DNA of 25,688 nt from a virus (Duplodnaviria > Heunggongvirae > Uroviricota > Caudoviricetes), in the IMG/VR virus record IMGVR_UViG_2627853701_000015. One strand, given 5' to 3'. The notes below the pieces were generated by a model, which was given only the letters and a program-made list of their open reading frames with translations, was not told the origin of the DNA and ran no database searches. Made by a program: the position numbers and the translations under genes. Of this stretch, positions 1 through 9,855 are shown piece by piece; within the stretch, counting starts at the first letter, position 1; each line of letters starts with the position of its first letter.

Positions 1-900
1 ATGAAAATCGATCTTAATCTTTTACCCATTTTTATCGCGGTAGCAGAAGAGAGTAATTTTAGTAAAGCCGCCGCACGGCTGGGCGTTACCCGTTCAGCGG
101 TCAGTCAGGGAATAAGACGCCTTGAAGATGCATTCGGGACAATGCTTGTAATGCGGACCACGCGCTCAGTTAATTTGACAGAAGCGGGAGAACGGCTGCA
201 TAAATCGCTGTCATTACCTTTATCCGGTATTGAGGCAGCGTTCGAAGAGATGGTTTCTGACCATGTGCCACGCGGACTTCTCAGAATCGCGGTGACGTCA
301 ATAGCTGAAGAATTTCTTTCAGGTCCGCTAATCGCTTCGTTTGCAGCAGCCAATCCAGCCGTTACGCTTGATATTGTTGTCACGGATGAGGAATTCGATA
401 TCGTGGCCGCAGGTTACGATGCTGGCGTAAGGCTCGGAGAGGTCATTGAAAAAGACATGATTGCTGTGCCCCTTACCGGCAGGCAGCGTGAAATGGTCGT
501 TGCCTCTCCCTCCTATCTCGCAGCCAACAGCACACCTGTTCATCCGCGTGAACTTGTGAATCATAAGTGTATCGGCTGGCGTCAGTCCCCGGAGGTTGCG
601 CCTTATCGCTGGCCATTTGAAGAAAACGGGAGAGCTTTCGACCTTGCGATTGAACCGCAGATTACGACTAATGATCTGCGTCTGATGTTGAGGCTGGCTC
701 TTGCCGGCGGAGGAATAACAATTGCCACTCAGGAAACTTTCAGGCCGTATATTGAAAGCGGTAAGCTTGTATCTCTGCTTGATGACTTTCTTCCACAATT
801 TCCGGGCTTCTATCTGTATTTCCCACAGCGTCGCAATATTGCACCAAAGCTCCGCGCTCTGATTGACCACGTTAAGGAATGGCGGCAGCAATTGGCTTAA
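1..900 (+). CDS. LysR-family transcriptional regulator
   Basis: 299-aa ORF with N-terminal helix-turn-helix 'LLPIFIAVAEESNFSKAAARLGVTRSAVSQGIRRLE' typical of LysR-type regulators, then a co-inducer-binding-sized domain; ~50% GC; lies outside the proposed satellite boundary. Confidence 0.85.
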   Translation: MKIDLNLLPIFIAVAEESNFSKAAARLGVTRSAVSQGIRRLEDAFGTMLVMRTTRSVNLTEAGERLHKSLSLPLSGIEAAFEEMVSDHVPRGLLRIAVTSIAEEFLSGPLIASFAAANPAVTLDIVVTDEEFDIVAAGYDAGVRLGEVIEKDMIAVPLTGRQREMVVASPSYLAANSTPVHPRELVNHKCIGWRQSPEVAPYRWPFEENGRAFDLAIEPQITTNDLRLMLRLALAGGGITIATQETFRPYIESGKLVSLLDDFLPQFPGFYLYFPQRRNIAPKLRALIDHVKEWRQQLA

Positions 901-1026
901 ATGTCTGCACCTGCATTGCCTGATGTCAGAACAGTATTTTGATTAATTGCCAGGGTTACAATGGCACAAATGCGGCACAGGAGGAAACGTGGTGTATTTA
1001 AATATGGGGTAACTACTTGATTTAAA

Positions 1027-1045
1027 TGGTGCGATAATAGGAACC
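1027..1045. repeat. degenerate direct copy of the tRNA-Thr 3' end; candidate distal att repeat of the P4-type element
   Basis: TGGTGCGATAATAGGAAC here versus TGGTGCCGATAATAGGAG at 13820-13837, same orientation, one indel and one mismatch by eye. Confidence 0.3.
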
Positions 1046-1575
1046 AATAATCGCCACCAACACAATGATTTTAATACATAAATTAAAATAGAAGATTTAA
1101 ACTACACACACCCCTATACACATTGGTGAAGGCGTTCGCTTTCCGCGCATTCTCAAGGCAGAAAAAACTTTTTTTGGGGGATAACTGTTCATACTACTCA
1201 TTGTGTTTTTTTTCATTAATATTCAAAAAGATATGAAATTAACGATTGATAAGAAGTGAACACTTTACTGTTCACCTTGACTGATTAATAAGTGCATAAA
1301 AACCTAATTTTTGAGCACGGAAGGTATTTGTTCCTTACCCCATTTTTTCTCTTTAGTCCAGTACAACAAAAAATGCGCCCAACAGAAAACTGTTTTGAAT
1401 TTAAATGCAATCGCTTTGTAGTGATTGTAACGTAAGTTGATTTGATGGGTGCGATTTTGTTTAGCGATAATGGTATGTTGTAAAAATCATTTCGTTGCAA
1501 TAAAATTGCATCGCTACATTTTATAGACAATATCAATTAAATTTTAATACTCATTATTAATTTTGAGGCTAACAA

Positions 1576-2532
1576 GTGACTAGTTATTCAAACTTTTCCA
1601 ATCAAATAAAAGAAACCATCAATAATAAATTCGATCATGAAATTCATGATTGGGACATTATAAAAAACTCAATCACAACTTTAATAAATAAAAATATCCA
1701 TGGTGCAGGTAGAAATATCGTTGATTTTATAGATTTAGGTAACTGGGATTTTATTTCAAACTTTTCCTTTGATGACTCTACAAGAAGACTTGAATTAGAG
1801 TGGCACCCCAATGATAAATTCCATATATATATTGAGTCCGTTGTGTTTGTCGAGTTTAATGACACTATATATGCTTTCTTAAAGGGATACTATCACAATC
1901 AGTTATCTCTAAATAGAATATATAATACAAAATGCTCTTCATGTTCATTTGAAAACTCAGGTTCTTATATGGTAGACGTTTATAGAACGGTTAAAAGAGT
2001 AAATGAGACAATCCAGACCCCAAATATAAATTGCTATACTACATGTATTTTAACAAGGCCCGCAAATGGTCATGTTACATCTACAGGCTTCTCACGAAAC
2101 CTCATGGATGCGATAAATATTTCATTAGCAGAGCACAAAATAGCCTCTTTACATAATGAAGTCATGAGTATTGAGGAATATGATCGTGATTCTTTACAAG
2201 AGAAAGGAAATACTGCCAGGAGATATTTAGAATATATTCTCATGCTTGTTAATATTCGTATAATGCATTTAAACAACGTTCAATACCAAGAGCAAATGCT
2301 AGGTAGTTTAGTTTCTGTTATTGAGGCTCTGGACTATGAACCATTAATGAAAAATGATGTTGAAATTACAAAGGACATCCTTAATGCTTGCAGCCACCAC
2401 GGGGGGGTTAGAATTGAAAAGAAAGATGTAATTTTTTCTTTGGAAGTTATTGAAAACTTAATTAAAGCCATAAAGAAAACCGACATAAATAAATTACAAC
2501 TCGATGGGATGTTTAAATCAATTCAAAAATAA
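1576..2532 (+). CDS. hypothetical protein, AT-rich accessory gene of unknown function
   Basis: 318-aa ORF with GTG start preceded by GAGG 7 nt upstream; ~30% GC against ~50% flanks; convergent with the alpha gene; no motif I can assign. Confidence 0.6.
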   Translation: MTSYSNFSNQIKETINNKFDHEIHDWDIIKNSITTLINKNIHGAGRNIVDFIDLGNWDFISNFSFDDSTRRLELEWHPNDKFHIYIESVVFVEFNDTIYAFLKGYYHNQLSLNRIYNTKCSSCSFENSGSYMVDVYRTVKRVNETIQTPNINCYTTCILTRPANGHVTSTGFSRNLMDAINISLAEHKIASLHNEVMSIEEYDRDSLQEKGNTARRYLEYILMLVNIRIMHLNNVQYQEQMLGSLVSVIEALDYEPLMKNDVEITKDILNACSHHGGVRIEKKDVIFSLEVIENLIKAIKKTDINKLQLDGMFKSIQK

Positions 2533-2635
2533 ACATCATCTAACAATGAATTAGATGCATTTTCCGCTGACGCCTTAGCATATAACTTTTAAATTTTATC
2601 GATATATATTTTGAGATAATTTCCTGTAGCGGATT

Positions 2636-2658
2636 TAAGACCGGCACAGCCGGTCTTA
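2636..2658. terminator. 10-bp-stem hairpin between convergent genes, possible bidirectional terminator
   Basis: TAAGACCGGC-ACA-GCCGGTCTTA perfect inverted repeat between the stop at 2532 and the alpha stop at 2665; no clear U-tract on either side. Confidence 0.35.
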
Positions 2659-2664
2659 GGTCAG

Positions 2665-4998
2665 TTATTTCGCTGCAAACTCATCGCATTTTGGCAACCA
2701 GTCAGCATTGCTTTCCTCTCTTAGGGCCAGATTAGTCTGCATTCCTTGATTGGTCCGTCGTTTCTCATACTGCAGCCCATATTCCTTGAGCATTAACGGT
2801 AGCCCCTTGCCAAACATGGTCAGACTGAGCGTATTTTTATAGCCGTTAGCCTCCATGTAGACCAGATAGGCATGGTAGAGGTAAGTTCGAGGCTGACGTG
2901 GAACAATATTAGCGTTCCCCATAAACATGCCCGTGGTGTCAGGTAGGACCTCAAGGTAGCCGCAAAAATCAAAAGCTGAATCAGCATCACGTTTGATGGT
3001 GAGCGCTTCATCGGAGTTCTGCTGTGACTGAAGCAATGTCCTGGCACTCATTGGGTCGCTGAAACGCTGCATAAGCTGGCGAACAATCACCGCTAGCTCA
3101 CTGGCAATTTTCTCTTTGAGCTGGGTATCGCGTTCCTCCGGGGCTATCTGGTCGGGGAAATGCAGGATCACCCTTCGGCGTGAAACTCCACCACTACGAT
3201 CAGTGAAGCGCATCGGATTATTGTTCACAGCCAGGATGACCGCCGGGATGTGGGTTGAATAGGCGTTCTGATATTTGGGATCAACGGATACCGCATCGCC
3301 GCCAGTGATGGCTTTTAGTCCGGCCCCGTCACCGCTCCACTTTTCCTGGTCGGGAAGTCGAATCAGTGAAAAACCTATTAACGCAGCTCGTTCTCTTGGC
3401 GACTCAAGCATTTCAATGGTTGCCGAGGTCGCGTTATCTTCACCCGCCAGCATGGTTGCTATTTCAGCAAGAATACTCTTTCCACTTCCGCCAGGGCCAG
3501 TGACCTCCAGAAACAGCTGCCAGTCATAACGGTTAGCCAGCACCATAAACAATGCAGCCAGAATAATGTCCCGTTTTTCAGGATTAAAACCTGCGGCACG
3601 ATCCAGCCAGCGCCAGAATGCCGGGGCATGGGTTTCCAGTGACTCACCGTCAACGGGCTGCGTGTAATCCACCTCGCACAGCGTACGTAACCAGTGCTTC
3701 TTATCGTGCGGGCTGAACAATCCTGTCCGGGTATCGAGCACACCGTTGCGAAATCCGATAAGTTGCCGCGCCGGATTCTGCTGTTGCGGAACGATCAGTT
3801 TGAGGGTTTCCACGAGAGACGCAATTTTCGCGGATGAAAAAGGTGCGTCGAGGCGCTGAAACAGCGCAGCGACATCACGGGCAAAATCGGCGTAATAGAT
3901 AACTTTCCAGGCCCCCGCCTCATAGCGTGAAAGGAGCTGCCCGTTCGGGTCTACTGCCAGTGAATTTTTATAGTGATCCACTACCCTCTGCGCTTTTTCG
4001 CTGACGCTCAGCGCGGTAAATTCAGCTTCGCTCATTGTGTCGAAGGGGCTGGCAACAGCTGGTTTTATTACTTCATGAATTGCATGCCGGGTGGCTTCTT
4101 CGCCGTTTTGCGTGAATGCATCGTTCCAGTCACCAAACACAGGCGGGAGCGCCATTGTGCAATTGCAGGCCCCGGTAACAGCTGCGCCCCTTGTTTGCCC
4201 CGCACCGTTGAGATCGCGGTCAGCAGCAATAATTATCTGGTGCGTTGGGTACTCACTGCAGGCAATGCTCGCCAGGGAAAGGAAATTGACGGACGAAAAG
4301 GCCACCATGACAGCATCGCCAGTCAGATAGTTGATAGTAAGTGCGGTGGCATATCCTTCCGCTATCCAGAGCCGTTTGGCTGCTTTGGCAGTACCTTCAA
4401 CCAGGTAAAAGGCATTCTTAACCTGACCGCCTTTAAGGAAGCATTTGCCCCCATTAGCGTTGATTAACTGCAGATTTACCAGCTCTCCATCTGCATACAA
4501 TGGAACGACAAGATCTCCCGCGCGAAATGCCACACCACCGACTTTATGCATAGCGGTTAATTCCCGGCAAGGCAGTGCAGGAAACCCTTTACTCGTCAGA
4601 TAGGCATTGCCAGTGGTCTGGCGGGACTTATCAAACAAACGGGCAGCCAGCACTGCTGCAGCTTTTCTCCCGTCCTCTTTTTCAGGAGAACCAGATTCAA
4701 GCATTCCCTGAGATACTGGCAGCAGGTTTCCGATAATGCCGTTTATTCTGTCTGCCGCTTCACTAATGCCTACATCCAGTACTTTACTTACAAGCGCCAG
4801 GCCATCACCTGCCCCGCACTGGTTACAGAACCACGTTCCCCGCCCTTCCTGGTCATCAAATCGAAAGCGGTCTTTCCCGGCACAGACCGGGCAGGGCTGG
4901 TGCCGATTTTTCAGTACATTTACGCCCAGCGCAGGTAAAATTCTTGACCAGTGACCCCGAGCTGCTTTCTCAGCCTGGCTAACTTTCATTCCTGACAT
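2665..4998 (-). CDS. P4 alpha-type DNA primase/helicase
   Basis: Zinc-binding 'CPVCAGKDRFRFDD...CNQCG' N-terminus, primase-sized central region, Walker A 'GPGGSGKS' helicase C-terminal half. Start placed at the internal ATG (MSGMKVSQ...) with AAGGAGG 8 nt upstream; the ORF track extends to 5055. Confidence 0.9.
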   Translation of the reverse strand: MSGMKVSQAEKAARGHWSRILPALGVNVLKNRHQPCPVCAGKDRFRFDDQEGRGTWFCNQCGAGDGLALVSKVLDVGISEAADRINGIIGNLLPVSQGMLESGSPEKEDGRKAAAVLAARLFDKSRQTTGNAYLTSKGFPALPCRELTAMHKVGGVAFRAGDLVVPLYADGELVNLQLINANGGKCFLKGGQVKNAFYLVEGTAKAAKRLWIAEGYATALTINYLTGDAVMVAFSSVNFLSLASIACSEYPTHQIIIAADRDLNGAGQTRGAAVTGACNCTMALPPVFGDWNDAFTQNGEEATRHAIHEVIKPAVASPFDTMSEAEFTALSVSEKAQRVVDHYKNSLAVDPNGQLLSRYEAGAWKVIYYADFARDVAALFQRLDAPFSSAKIASLVETLKLIVPQQQNPARQLIGFRNGVLDTRTGLFSPHDKKHWLRTLCEVDYTQPVDGESLETHAPAFWRWLDRAAGFNPEKRDIILAALFMVLANRYDWQLFLEVTGPGGSGKSILAEIATMLAGEDNATSATIEMLESPRERAALIGFSLIRLPDQEKWSGDGAGLKAITGGDAVSVDPKYQNAYSTHIPAVILAVNNNPMRFTDRSGGVSRRRVILHFPDQIAPEERDTQLKEKIASELAVIVRQLMQRFSDPMSARTLLQSQQNSDEALTIKRDADSAFDFCGYLEVLPDTTGMFMGNANIVPRQPRTYLYHAYLVYMEANGYKNTLSLTMFGKGLPLMLKEYGLQYEKRRTNQGMQTNLALREESNADWLPKCDEFAAK

Positions 4999-5011
4999 TG
5001 TGCGGCCCTCC

Positions 5012-5335
5012 TTAGTGCAGCGCTGGTTTGTTGAGGTGACGGGAACAAAGTTCATCCATGACCGTCATTCCGAGCAGTGAGAGAACCGGACAGGCTTTAA
5101 GCGGCCCCGACTCCATCAGATCCGAAAGCAACGCGCAGGCAATTTCCAGCCCTCTTTGCTGCCCATGCTGGCGCAGATAGAACCCTTCCAGCTCGCGGGC
5201 TATGGCATCTTCAAGTTCAGCGAGCGTCAGGCCGGAATAACGTTCCTGATGATTGCTTAGAGCCAGCCAGGCACAGGCAACGGCACGGCGATACAGAGCG
5301 GCACGAAGTGCCAGAAGAGATTCACAGCATATCAT
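5012..5335 (-). CDS. hypothetical protein in the alpA-alpha operon
   Basis: 107-aa ORF; its ATG overlaps the upstream ORF stop (ATGA at 5333-5337); same strand as alpA and alpha. Confidence 0.45.
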   Translation of the reverse strand: MICCESLLALRAALYRRAVACAWLALSNHQERYSGLTLAELEDAIARELEGFYLRQHGQQRGLEIACALLSDLMESGPLKACPVLSLLGMTVMDELCSRHLNKPALH

Positions 5336-5556
5336 CAGGCCACCTCCGCATTCATCAGGTCGTCATGGCAGCGTTGCACCACTCCATCCAGTTGCTCTGT
5401 CATCAGATAAATGAGGGAAACCAGTTGTTCGCATTGGGCACCTGCTGGCTTTTCATAACAGTCCTGCAGGGCTGCCATGCCAGTTACATACTCACCCACA
5501 TTGCGTAAATGTTTCAGCCTTACAACATCGTCGTAGGAAATCTCAAACTGGTTCAT
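5335..5556 (-). CDS. hypothetical protein in the alpA-alpha operon
   Basis: 73-aa ORF with ATGA start/stop overlaps at both ends (5553-5556 and 5333-5337). Confidence 0.45.
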   Translation of the reverse strand: MNQFEISYDDVVRLKHLRNVGEYVTGMAALQDCYEKPAGAQCEQLVSLIYLMTEQLDGVVQRCHDDLMNAEVA

Positions 5557-6110
5557 AGCGTCACCTCCCCGGCAGGCAGCCGTGCAGAAAGGGAGAGTAC
5601 ATAATCTCGGACTAGCAAACGGCGCGCGGAACGCTCATCGCAGGAGACAGTGCGAAGCATACAGATGCGGGGGTGAGTGTCAGCACGGCGGATTGCGGCA
5701 AACACAAAGACATATTGCGGGTGTGACGGGGTGAGGATTGTAGCCATGATGGCAGCCTCCAATAAGTAGCGGTTATTGCTACCACCGGAAACGCCAATTT
5801 CACTGGTGGCAGCCCGAACGGGGTTGGCGTAACCGGCCTTATTGGAAACCGGCCAGCCCGAAGGCTGCCCCGCCCGGACTACCATTATCTCGATAGAACC
5901 ATGGTGTAAGCATAAACACCACAGCCCTGAAAATGGTTGTGCCTGAGCTACGACGTAAAAAAAGACGCAAGGGGCGTCAATTGTCGCCAATAAGTTATAC
6001 GGAACGCCAATTCCGGCTGCCGATTTTGCGACAGCGGAAAAACTATACCTGGAAATGACGACAGTAAGCAAGCCAGAATAAAGGTATTTAATGTATGCAG
6101 GTATCATCAT
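5553..6110 (-). CDS. hypothetical protein, uncertain
   Basis: 185-aa ORF whose start overlaps the alpA stop (ATGA at 6107-6110) and whose stop overlaps the next start; odd composition, so it could be a shorter gene or partly non-coding. Confidence 0.35.
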   Translation of the reverse strand: MMIPAYIKYLYSGLLTVVISRYSFSAVAKSAAGIGVPYNLLATIDAPCVFFYVVAQAQPFSGLWCLCLHHGSIEIMVVRAGQPSGWPVSNKAGYANPVRAATSEIGVSGGSNNRYLLEAAIMATILTPSHPQYVFVFAAIRRADTHPRICMLRTVSCDERSARRLLVRDYVLSLSARLPAGEVTL

Positions 6111-6367
6111 GCATCACATCCCCGCCCACGGGCGCTGATGCGGTCCGCCATCCATGCGCTGACCTCAGACTGTGCCCAGGCGACATTTTTACCGCCAAGC
6201 GGGATCTGCTTCGGAAACGCATCGCGGCTGATCAGGTCGTAAACGGTCGAACGGGACAACCCGCATAAGTGCATCACCTCAGGCAGGCGTAAAAATCGCT
6301 CATGATGGTTCGATACAGGAAATAATGGCGCAGCAGGAGCTGGCGCAGACACAGAAATATTACGCAT
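6107..6367 (-). CDS. alpA: AlpA-family phage transcriptional regulator
   Basis: 86-aa protein with '[53 protein letters not shown]', the AlpA/prophage CP4-57 regulator helix-turn-helix pattern. Confidence 0.85.
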   Translation of the reverse strand: MRNISVSAPAPAAPLFPVSNHHERFLRLPEVMHLCGLSRSTVYDLISRDAFPKQIPLGGKNVAWAQSEVSAWMADRISARGRGCDA

Positions 6368-7212
6368 TTATCTACCCTCTTTAATTTCCACAACAGTCCG
6401 GATGAATTTATCCGGGTTCAGGTAGTTCCTTATTATGTGTATATAAACCACCTGCGCACGCATTTTTTATTTAGCGTCACATATTGATTTTATGGAATTT
6501 AAAGCCCGATTAAACCATATAAAATGACATAATAAATACCATGCCTGCGGACTATAAATACAGGAGCATTAATAGGAACTACCATTCACCCAGGGTTTAC
6601 TATCCTATGGGTCATTGCACCTGATAGTGCTAACCCCACCGCCAATACAGCAAGGCAGTACAACTTCTACACGAGGCCTTGCATTGCAGGCCCCAATTTC
6701 CGGGCATATTTTTGAATCGCATCCAACTTATAAACATTGGGCCTGCATAAAAACCTTGATATTAAATAACATCACCTTAAATCGTAAAATATATCCGAAT
6801 GAATCCATAAAGAACCGGACAGATCTAGTTTTATAAAAATCAGTATGAAATGCAACACCATGGCCAGAGGCGAAAATGTTATTCCCCGGCAAAAACATGC
6901 AGTCTATTTATGTGCCTGTTGAATACTCCTGAATAAGGGTGAATAGTGGTGAGGAGCAAAAAACAAATAGCTACGAGGAATAAAAAAACCACCCATTATG
7001 AAAAAATACCATAAATAATTTTATTCCCATGTGAACAGTTATGAACAGTCGATGAATACTGCCATGCCAACCCTTCACCTTATAACCTTCTGTATTACCT
7101 ATTTTTTTTACCTAAGTGAATAGTAGTGAATAGTTAAGGTAAGTCTGAAACAGCCTTAGTTAAACGAGGCCTTTTCTGGCTAGCCAAAAGAGGTCCGGGG
7201 CGGTTCAGTCTT

Positions 7213-7230
7213 TGTCTTGTCGCTCGCACA
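7213..7230 (+). promoter_or_regulatory. TGT-N12-ACA dyad, candidate Ogr/Delta activator site of the late promoter
   Basis: TGTcttgtcgctcgcACA lies ~70-90 nt upstream of the ATG at 7301; P2/P4 late promoters carry this dyad near -55. Confidence 0.5.
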
Positions 7231-7300
7231 ATGGCGTTCAATGGCAGCTTTGTATGCATCACAGCACAATTGACACCACGACAAACCACTAGGTGCTGAC

Positions 7301-8053
7301 ATGACAATCCCAGAACAGAACAATAACCCGATCGTTGAAATTTCTATCCCTGTTTCGACGCAACAGGCGCTTGAGAAAGTGAATGCCACCAAATCTGCAT
7401 GGCTTGAAGCACGTCGTCAGCAAAAAGCGGCAGCGGATAATATTGCGACAATCCGCCAGCGCCGCGCTGAAATGGAAGCCACGACGAACGCCCTGAATGA
7501 GGAGTGGCGCACGCTATTTCGTGAAAGTCAGGGCGTAGTCTCAAAGGAAATGAAAAAACTGCGCACGGAAATTGCGCTGGGACGAGAAACGCTTGAGGAT
7601 TTTGATGAGCTGCTGGCGGCTCAGGAAAGCGAAAATGCACTTTTGCCGCAGGAGGCTGCGGAATTAGCCGGAAAGTATATCCACGCGCACGACACCCTTG
7701 TGGGTATTCGCGCAAAACAAATCTGGGAAGATTTTATGCAGTCGCATGGAAAAGCACTAATCCAGACACTAAGCCTGCTCAAATCAACAATGGGCAGGGA
7801 AGCCAGCGCAGTTGTCGGTGTGGTGCATTCAGTTAATGACCCGGACACACTGCTGAAAGATTTTATTCATAAACATATCACCAGACCGGCTCTGACTAAC
7901 GATGCGATGCCCGAACAGGACCCCGTGTTTAAACTGGCGGGAGTTGCCCCGGATTATGCGGCCCGTCTGGATTTCAGTAATAAACTCTCTCCAGCAGCTA
8001 TGCATAAAATGAAGGTTCGTCAGGAACGTGCTGAGAAGGAGAAAGCAGTATGA
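7301..8053 (+). CDS. P4 Sid-like / Psu-family late protein
   Basis: 250-aa ORF with AGGTG 5 nt before the ATG; first gene of a coupled operon ahead of the psu-like and delta-like genes; size matches Sid; assignment by position and size only. Confidence 0.5.
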   Translation: MTIPEQNNNPIVEISIPVSTQQALEKVNATKSAWLEARRQQKAAADNIATIRQRRAEMEATTNALNEEWRTLFRESQGVVSKEMKKLRTEIALGRETLEDFDELLAAQESENALLPQEAAELAGKYIHAHDTLVGIRAKQIWEDFMQSHGKALIQTLSLLKSTMGREASAVVGVVHSVNDPDTLLKDFIHKHITRPALTNDAMPEQDPVFKLAGVAPDYAARLDFSNKLSPAAMHKMKVRQERAEKEKAV

Positions 8054-8601
8054 TGGCCCGAGTCACTCCAGACCAAGCGCTTATCAGTTTTAGAAATGCC
8101 CGTATTCTGTGGGCTGGACATAGTGAGAGCCGAAAAGCCGTTGAACAACAGATAGAATCACTCCTCACTGCCATGGAAAAACCAGCAGATTATGCTCGAC
8201 AGCTCGAATTACAGCGGGAACATCTGGATGTGCTGAAATGGCAAATTAACTGTGCTGCGCGCGAATGCATTTACTCGCAGCATCAACTGATGGAGGCCTG
8301 CACAGAAGACGCTCTCAGCAATTTTATGCAGGCGAATGGAGCAGCCCTGACATCTGCACTGGCTCCGTTCCTGAAGGGGCGCGGAGGGGTTGACGTTGCG
8401 TCCCGTATATTACGCAATGCTCTGGTTCGCCAGCTGGCAATAACACCGCCTGAAATTGCCGGGGATTATCGTATGATTCTGGATGAATCCGGTGTGATGC
8501 CTGACCCCATGATGGTTCGTGATTGCCAGAGCTCTTACACCCCTGCACAACAACTGCGCTTTCAGCAACGTCTGGATTACATTAACGGCATGCAGGAGTA
8601 A
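8050..8601 (+). CDS. psu: Psu-like polarity-suppression protein
   Basis: 183 aa; 'KWQINCAAR...FMQANGAALTSALAPFLKG...TPAQQLRF' resembles P4 Psu as I recall it; ATGA-coupled to the upstream gene. Confidence 0.6.
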   Translation: MMARVTPDQALISFRNARILWAGHSESRKAVEQQIESLLTAMEKPADYARQLELQREHLDVLKWQINCAARECIYSQHQLMEACTEDALSNFMQANGAALTSALAPFLKGRGGVDVASRILRNALVRQLAITPPEIAGDYRMILDESGVMPDPMMVRDCQSSYTPAQQLRFQQRLDYINGMQE

Positions 8602-8606
8602 TATTA

Positions 8607-8879
8607 ATGGCACTTAAATGTCCCGAATGCGGTACGACGGCACACGCCAGAACCTCCGCCTATGAAGCACCATCGGTTAAACGCTCATGGTATCAGTGCC
8701 AGAATCTTGAATGTTCCTACACATTTACCGCACTGGAAAGTGTGGATACGATAATCATGAAGCCCCGGCGCAATGAACAGGAATCAGAGAAAGCACAAAT
8801 GCCGGAAAAACAACAGCAAACTCTCAATCGCTATGGCTCCGCGTCAAAGCTGTCAAGCCGTCAGCAAATTCCTGTCTGA
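8607..8879 (+). CDS. Ogr/Delta-family zinc-finger late-gene activator
   Basis: 'CPECGTTAHARTSAYEAPSVKRSWYQCQNLECSYTF' is the C-x2-C...C-x4-C Ogr/Delta zinc-finger pattern; 90 aa, a single Ogr-like unit. Confidence 0.85.
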   Translation: MALKCPECGTTAHARTSAYEAPSVKRSWYQCQNLECSYTFTALESVDTIIMKPRRNEQESEKAQMPEKQQQTLNRYGSASKLSSRQQIPV

Positions 8880-8900
8880 TTAGCAAAAAAAGCCCACGTA

Positions 8901-8926
8901 ATCCCGGTCCAGTACTGGGATTTTTT
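8901..8926 (+). terminator. rho-independent terminator after the late operon
   Basis: Hairpin TCCCGG-loop-CTGGGA followed by TTTTTT, directly after the delta-like stop. Confidence 0.5.
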
Positions 8927-9232
8927 ACGCCTTTTCCCTGGCTGGCCTGAGAGCGCATGAGTGCATGTCTATAGCGCATGAAAACGCATGATTCTCATGC
9001 ACCATTTTTGACGCGAAAGCCCTTGTGTGGTGGCTTCTGAGACGATTTGCGGAATGCATGAAAACCAGTCTGTTAAGCGAAGCGAGCAGGCGTGGGGGGC
9101 TGCGCGCGCTAAGGGGTTAGATTATAAAATATCAAACGCCGGTGAGATCCATTATTGTGGAACCACCCGAAGGAAGTGTAGAGGCGAAAGTACCCAAAAT
9201 AATTTTGCAAATTATTTAGAAATGAACTGAGC

Positions 9233-9258
9233 GCTCGAAACGAAATATAATTTCGAGC
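9233..9258. repeat. inverted repeat at the 3' end of the hotspot operon
   Basis: GCTCGAAA-N10-TTTCGAGC between the hotspot operon end (9289) and the upstream module; no U-tract, so terminator function is uncertain. Confidence 0.3.
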
Positions 9259-9288
9259 ACCCCAATTAGCAGTTATATTTTTAATGTA

Positions 9289-9855
9289 TTAAACAGGATA
9301 AAAACCAGAGCTTCCATTCTTATTTAAGTTATGGATTTTATTTGCATCATTAATTTTTATTTGGAACGTCGGACCTTTATTCTCAAGAATTACAATCTGG
9401 AAATTATAGTCCCTTTTGATTAATGCGTGATAAAATGAATCACTGAGACTGACGCTATTAACATCCGATAGAGAACCCCCTCTATCTTTATCAAAGTGCG
9501 TCACTAATGGACTATCAAGCACAACAAATCCAATGAATGGATTCCCTTTTCTTGATAAAAATTCCGCAAAGCAAATGGTAAATATAGCATGCATTACTGC
9601 ACGGGTACCTTTACCAAACATTCCTCGGCGTTTCCCATTGATATTAAAGTCATATGTATCTTCGTCAAATCGCACTTTGTTATCTTTAGAATTTTCAAAA
9701 TTTATATCATTCAAAAAGTCTTGCATCGCTATTTCTATATCATACAAATCAGCTACTGTTAAGGAGTCAAAGTCCTCGGCGGAGTATTTAAGTTCGTCAA
9801 CATCATCTTCTTTATCTTGTAATGAAGATAGAATGCTATGTTTTGTGTGATCCAT
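9289..9855 (-). CDS. ABC/SMC-like ATPase, C-terminal head segment
   Basis: 188 aa; signature-like 'FGKGTRAV', Walker-B-like 'FIGFVVLDSP', D-loop-like 'THFD'; start ATG overlaps the upstream stop (TAATG at 9853-9857); ~28% GC. Confidence 0.55.
   Translation of the reverse strand: MDHTKHSILSSLQDKEDDVDELKYSAEDFDSLTVADLYDIEIAMQDFLNDINFENSKDNKVRFDEDTYDFNINGKRRGMFGKGTRAVMHAIFTICFAEFLSRKGNPFIGFVVLDSPLVTHFDKDRGGSLSDVNSVSLSDSFYHALIKRDYNFQIVILENKGPTFQIKINDANKIHNLNKNGSSGFYPV

Noticed and set aside
105-891. ORFs 105-383 and 328-891 on the minus strand
   Set aside because: Entirely antisense to the well-supported LysR gene; no RBS or recognisable motif; typical shadow ORFs.
1285-1536. 83-aa minus-strand ORF in the AT-rich region upstream of the cargo gene
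   Set aside because: Overlaps the probable promoter/repeat region of the 1576-2532 gene; composition-driven ORF with no start context.
2820-4954. Several ORFs inside or antisense to the primase-helicase gene (2820-3047, 3275-3529, 3459-3743, 3973-4467, 4091-4330, 4736-4954)
   Set aside because: All are nested within a long gene with strong motif support; no independent evidence.
6615-6836. 73-aa ORF in the alpA-sid intergenic region
   Set aside because: Lies in a repeat-rich AT-rich control region, has no RBS, and reads as low-complexity sequence; more likely regulatory DNA.
9027-9230. 67-aa ORF between the late operon and the hotspot operon
   Set aside because: Spans the GC-rich/repeat region proposed as a cos or regulatory segment; no RBS and no motif.
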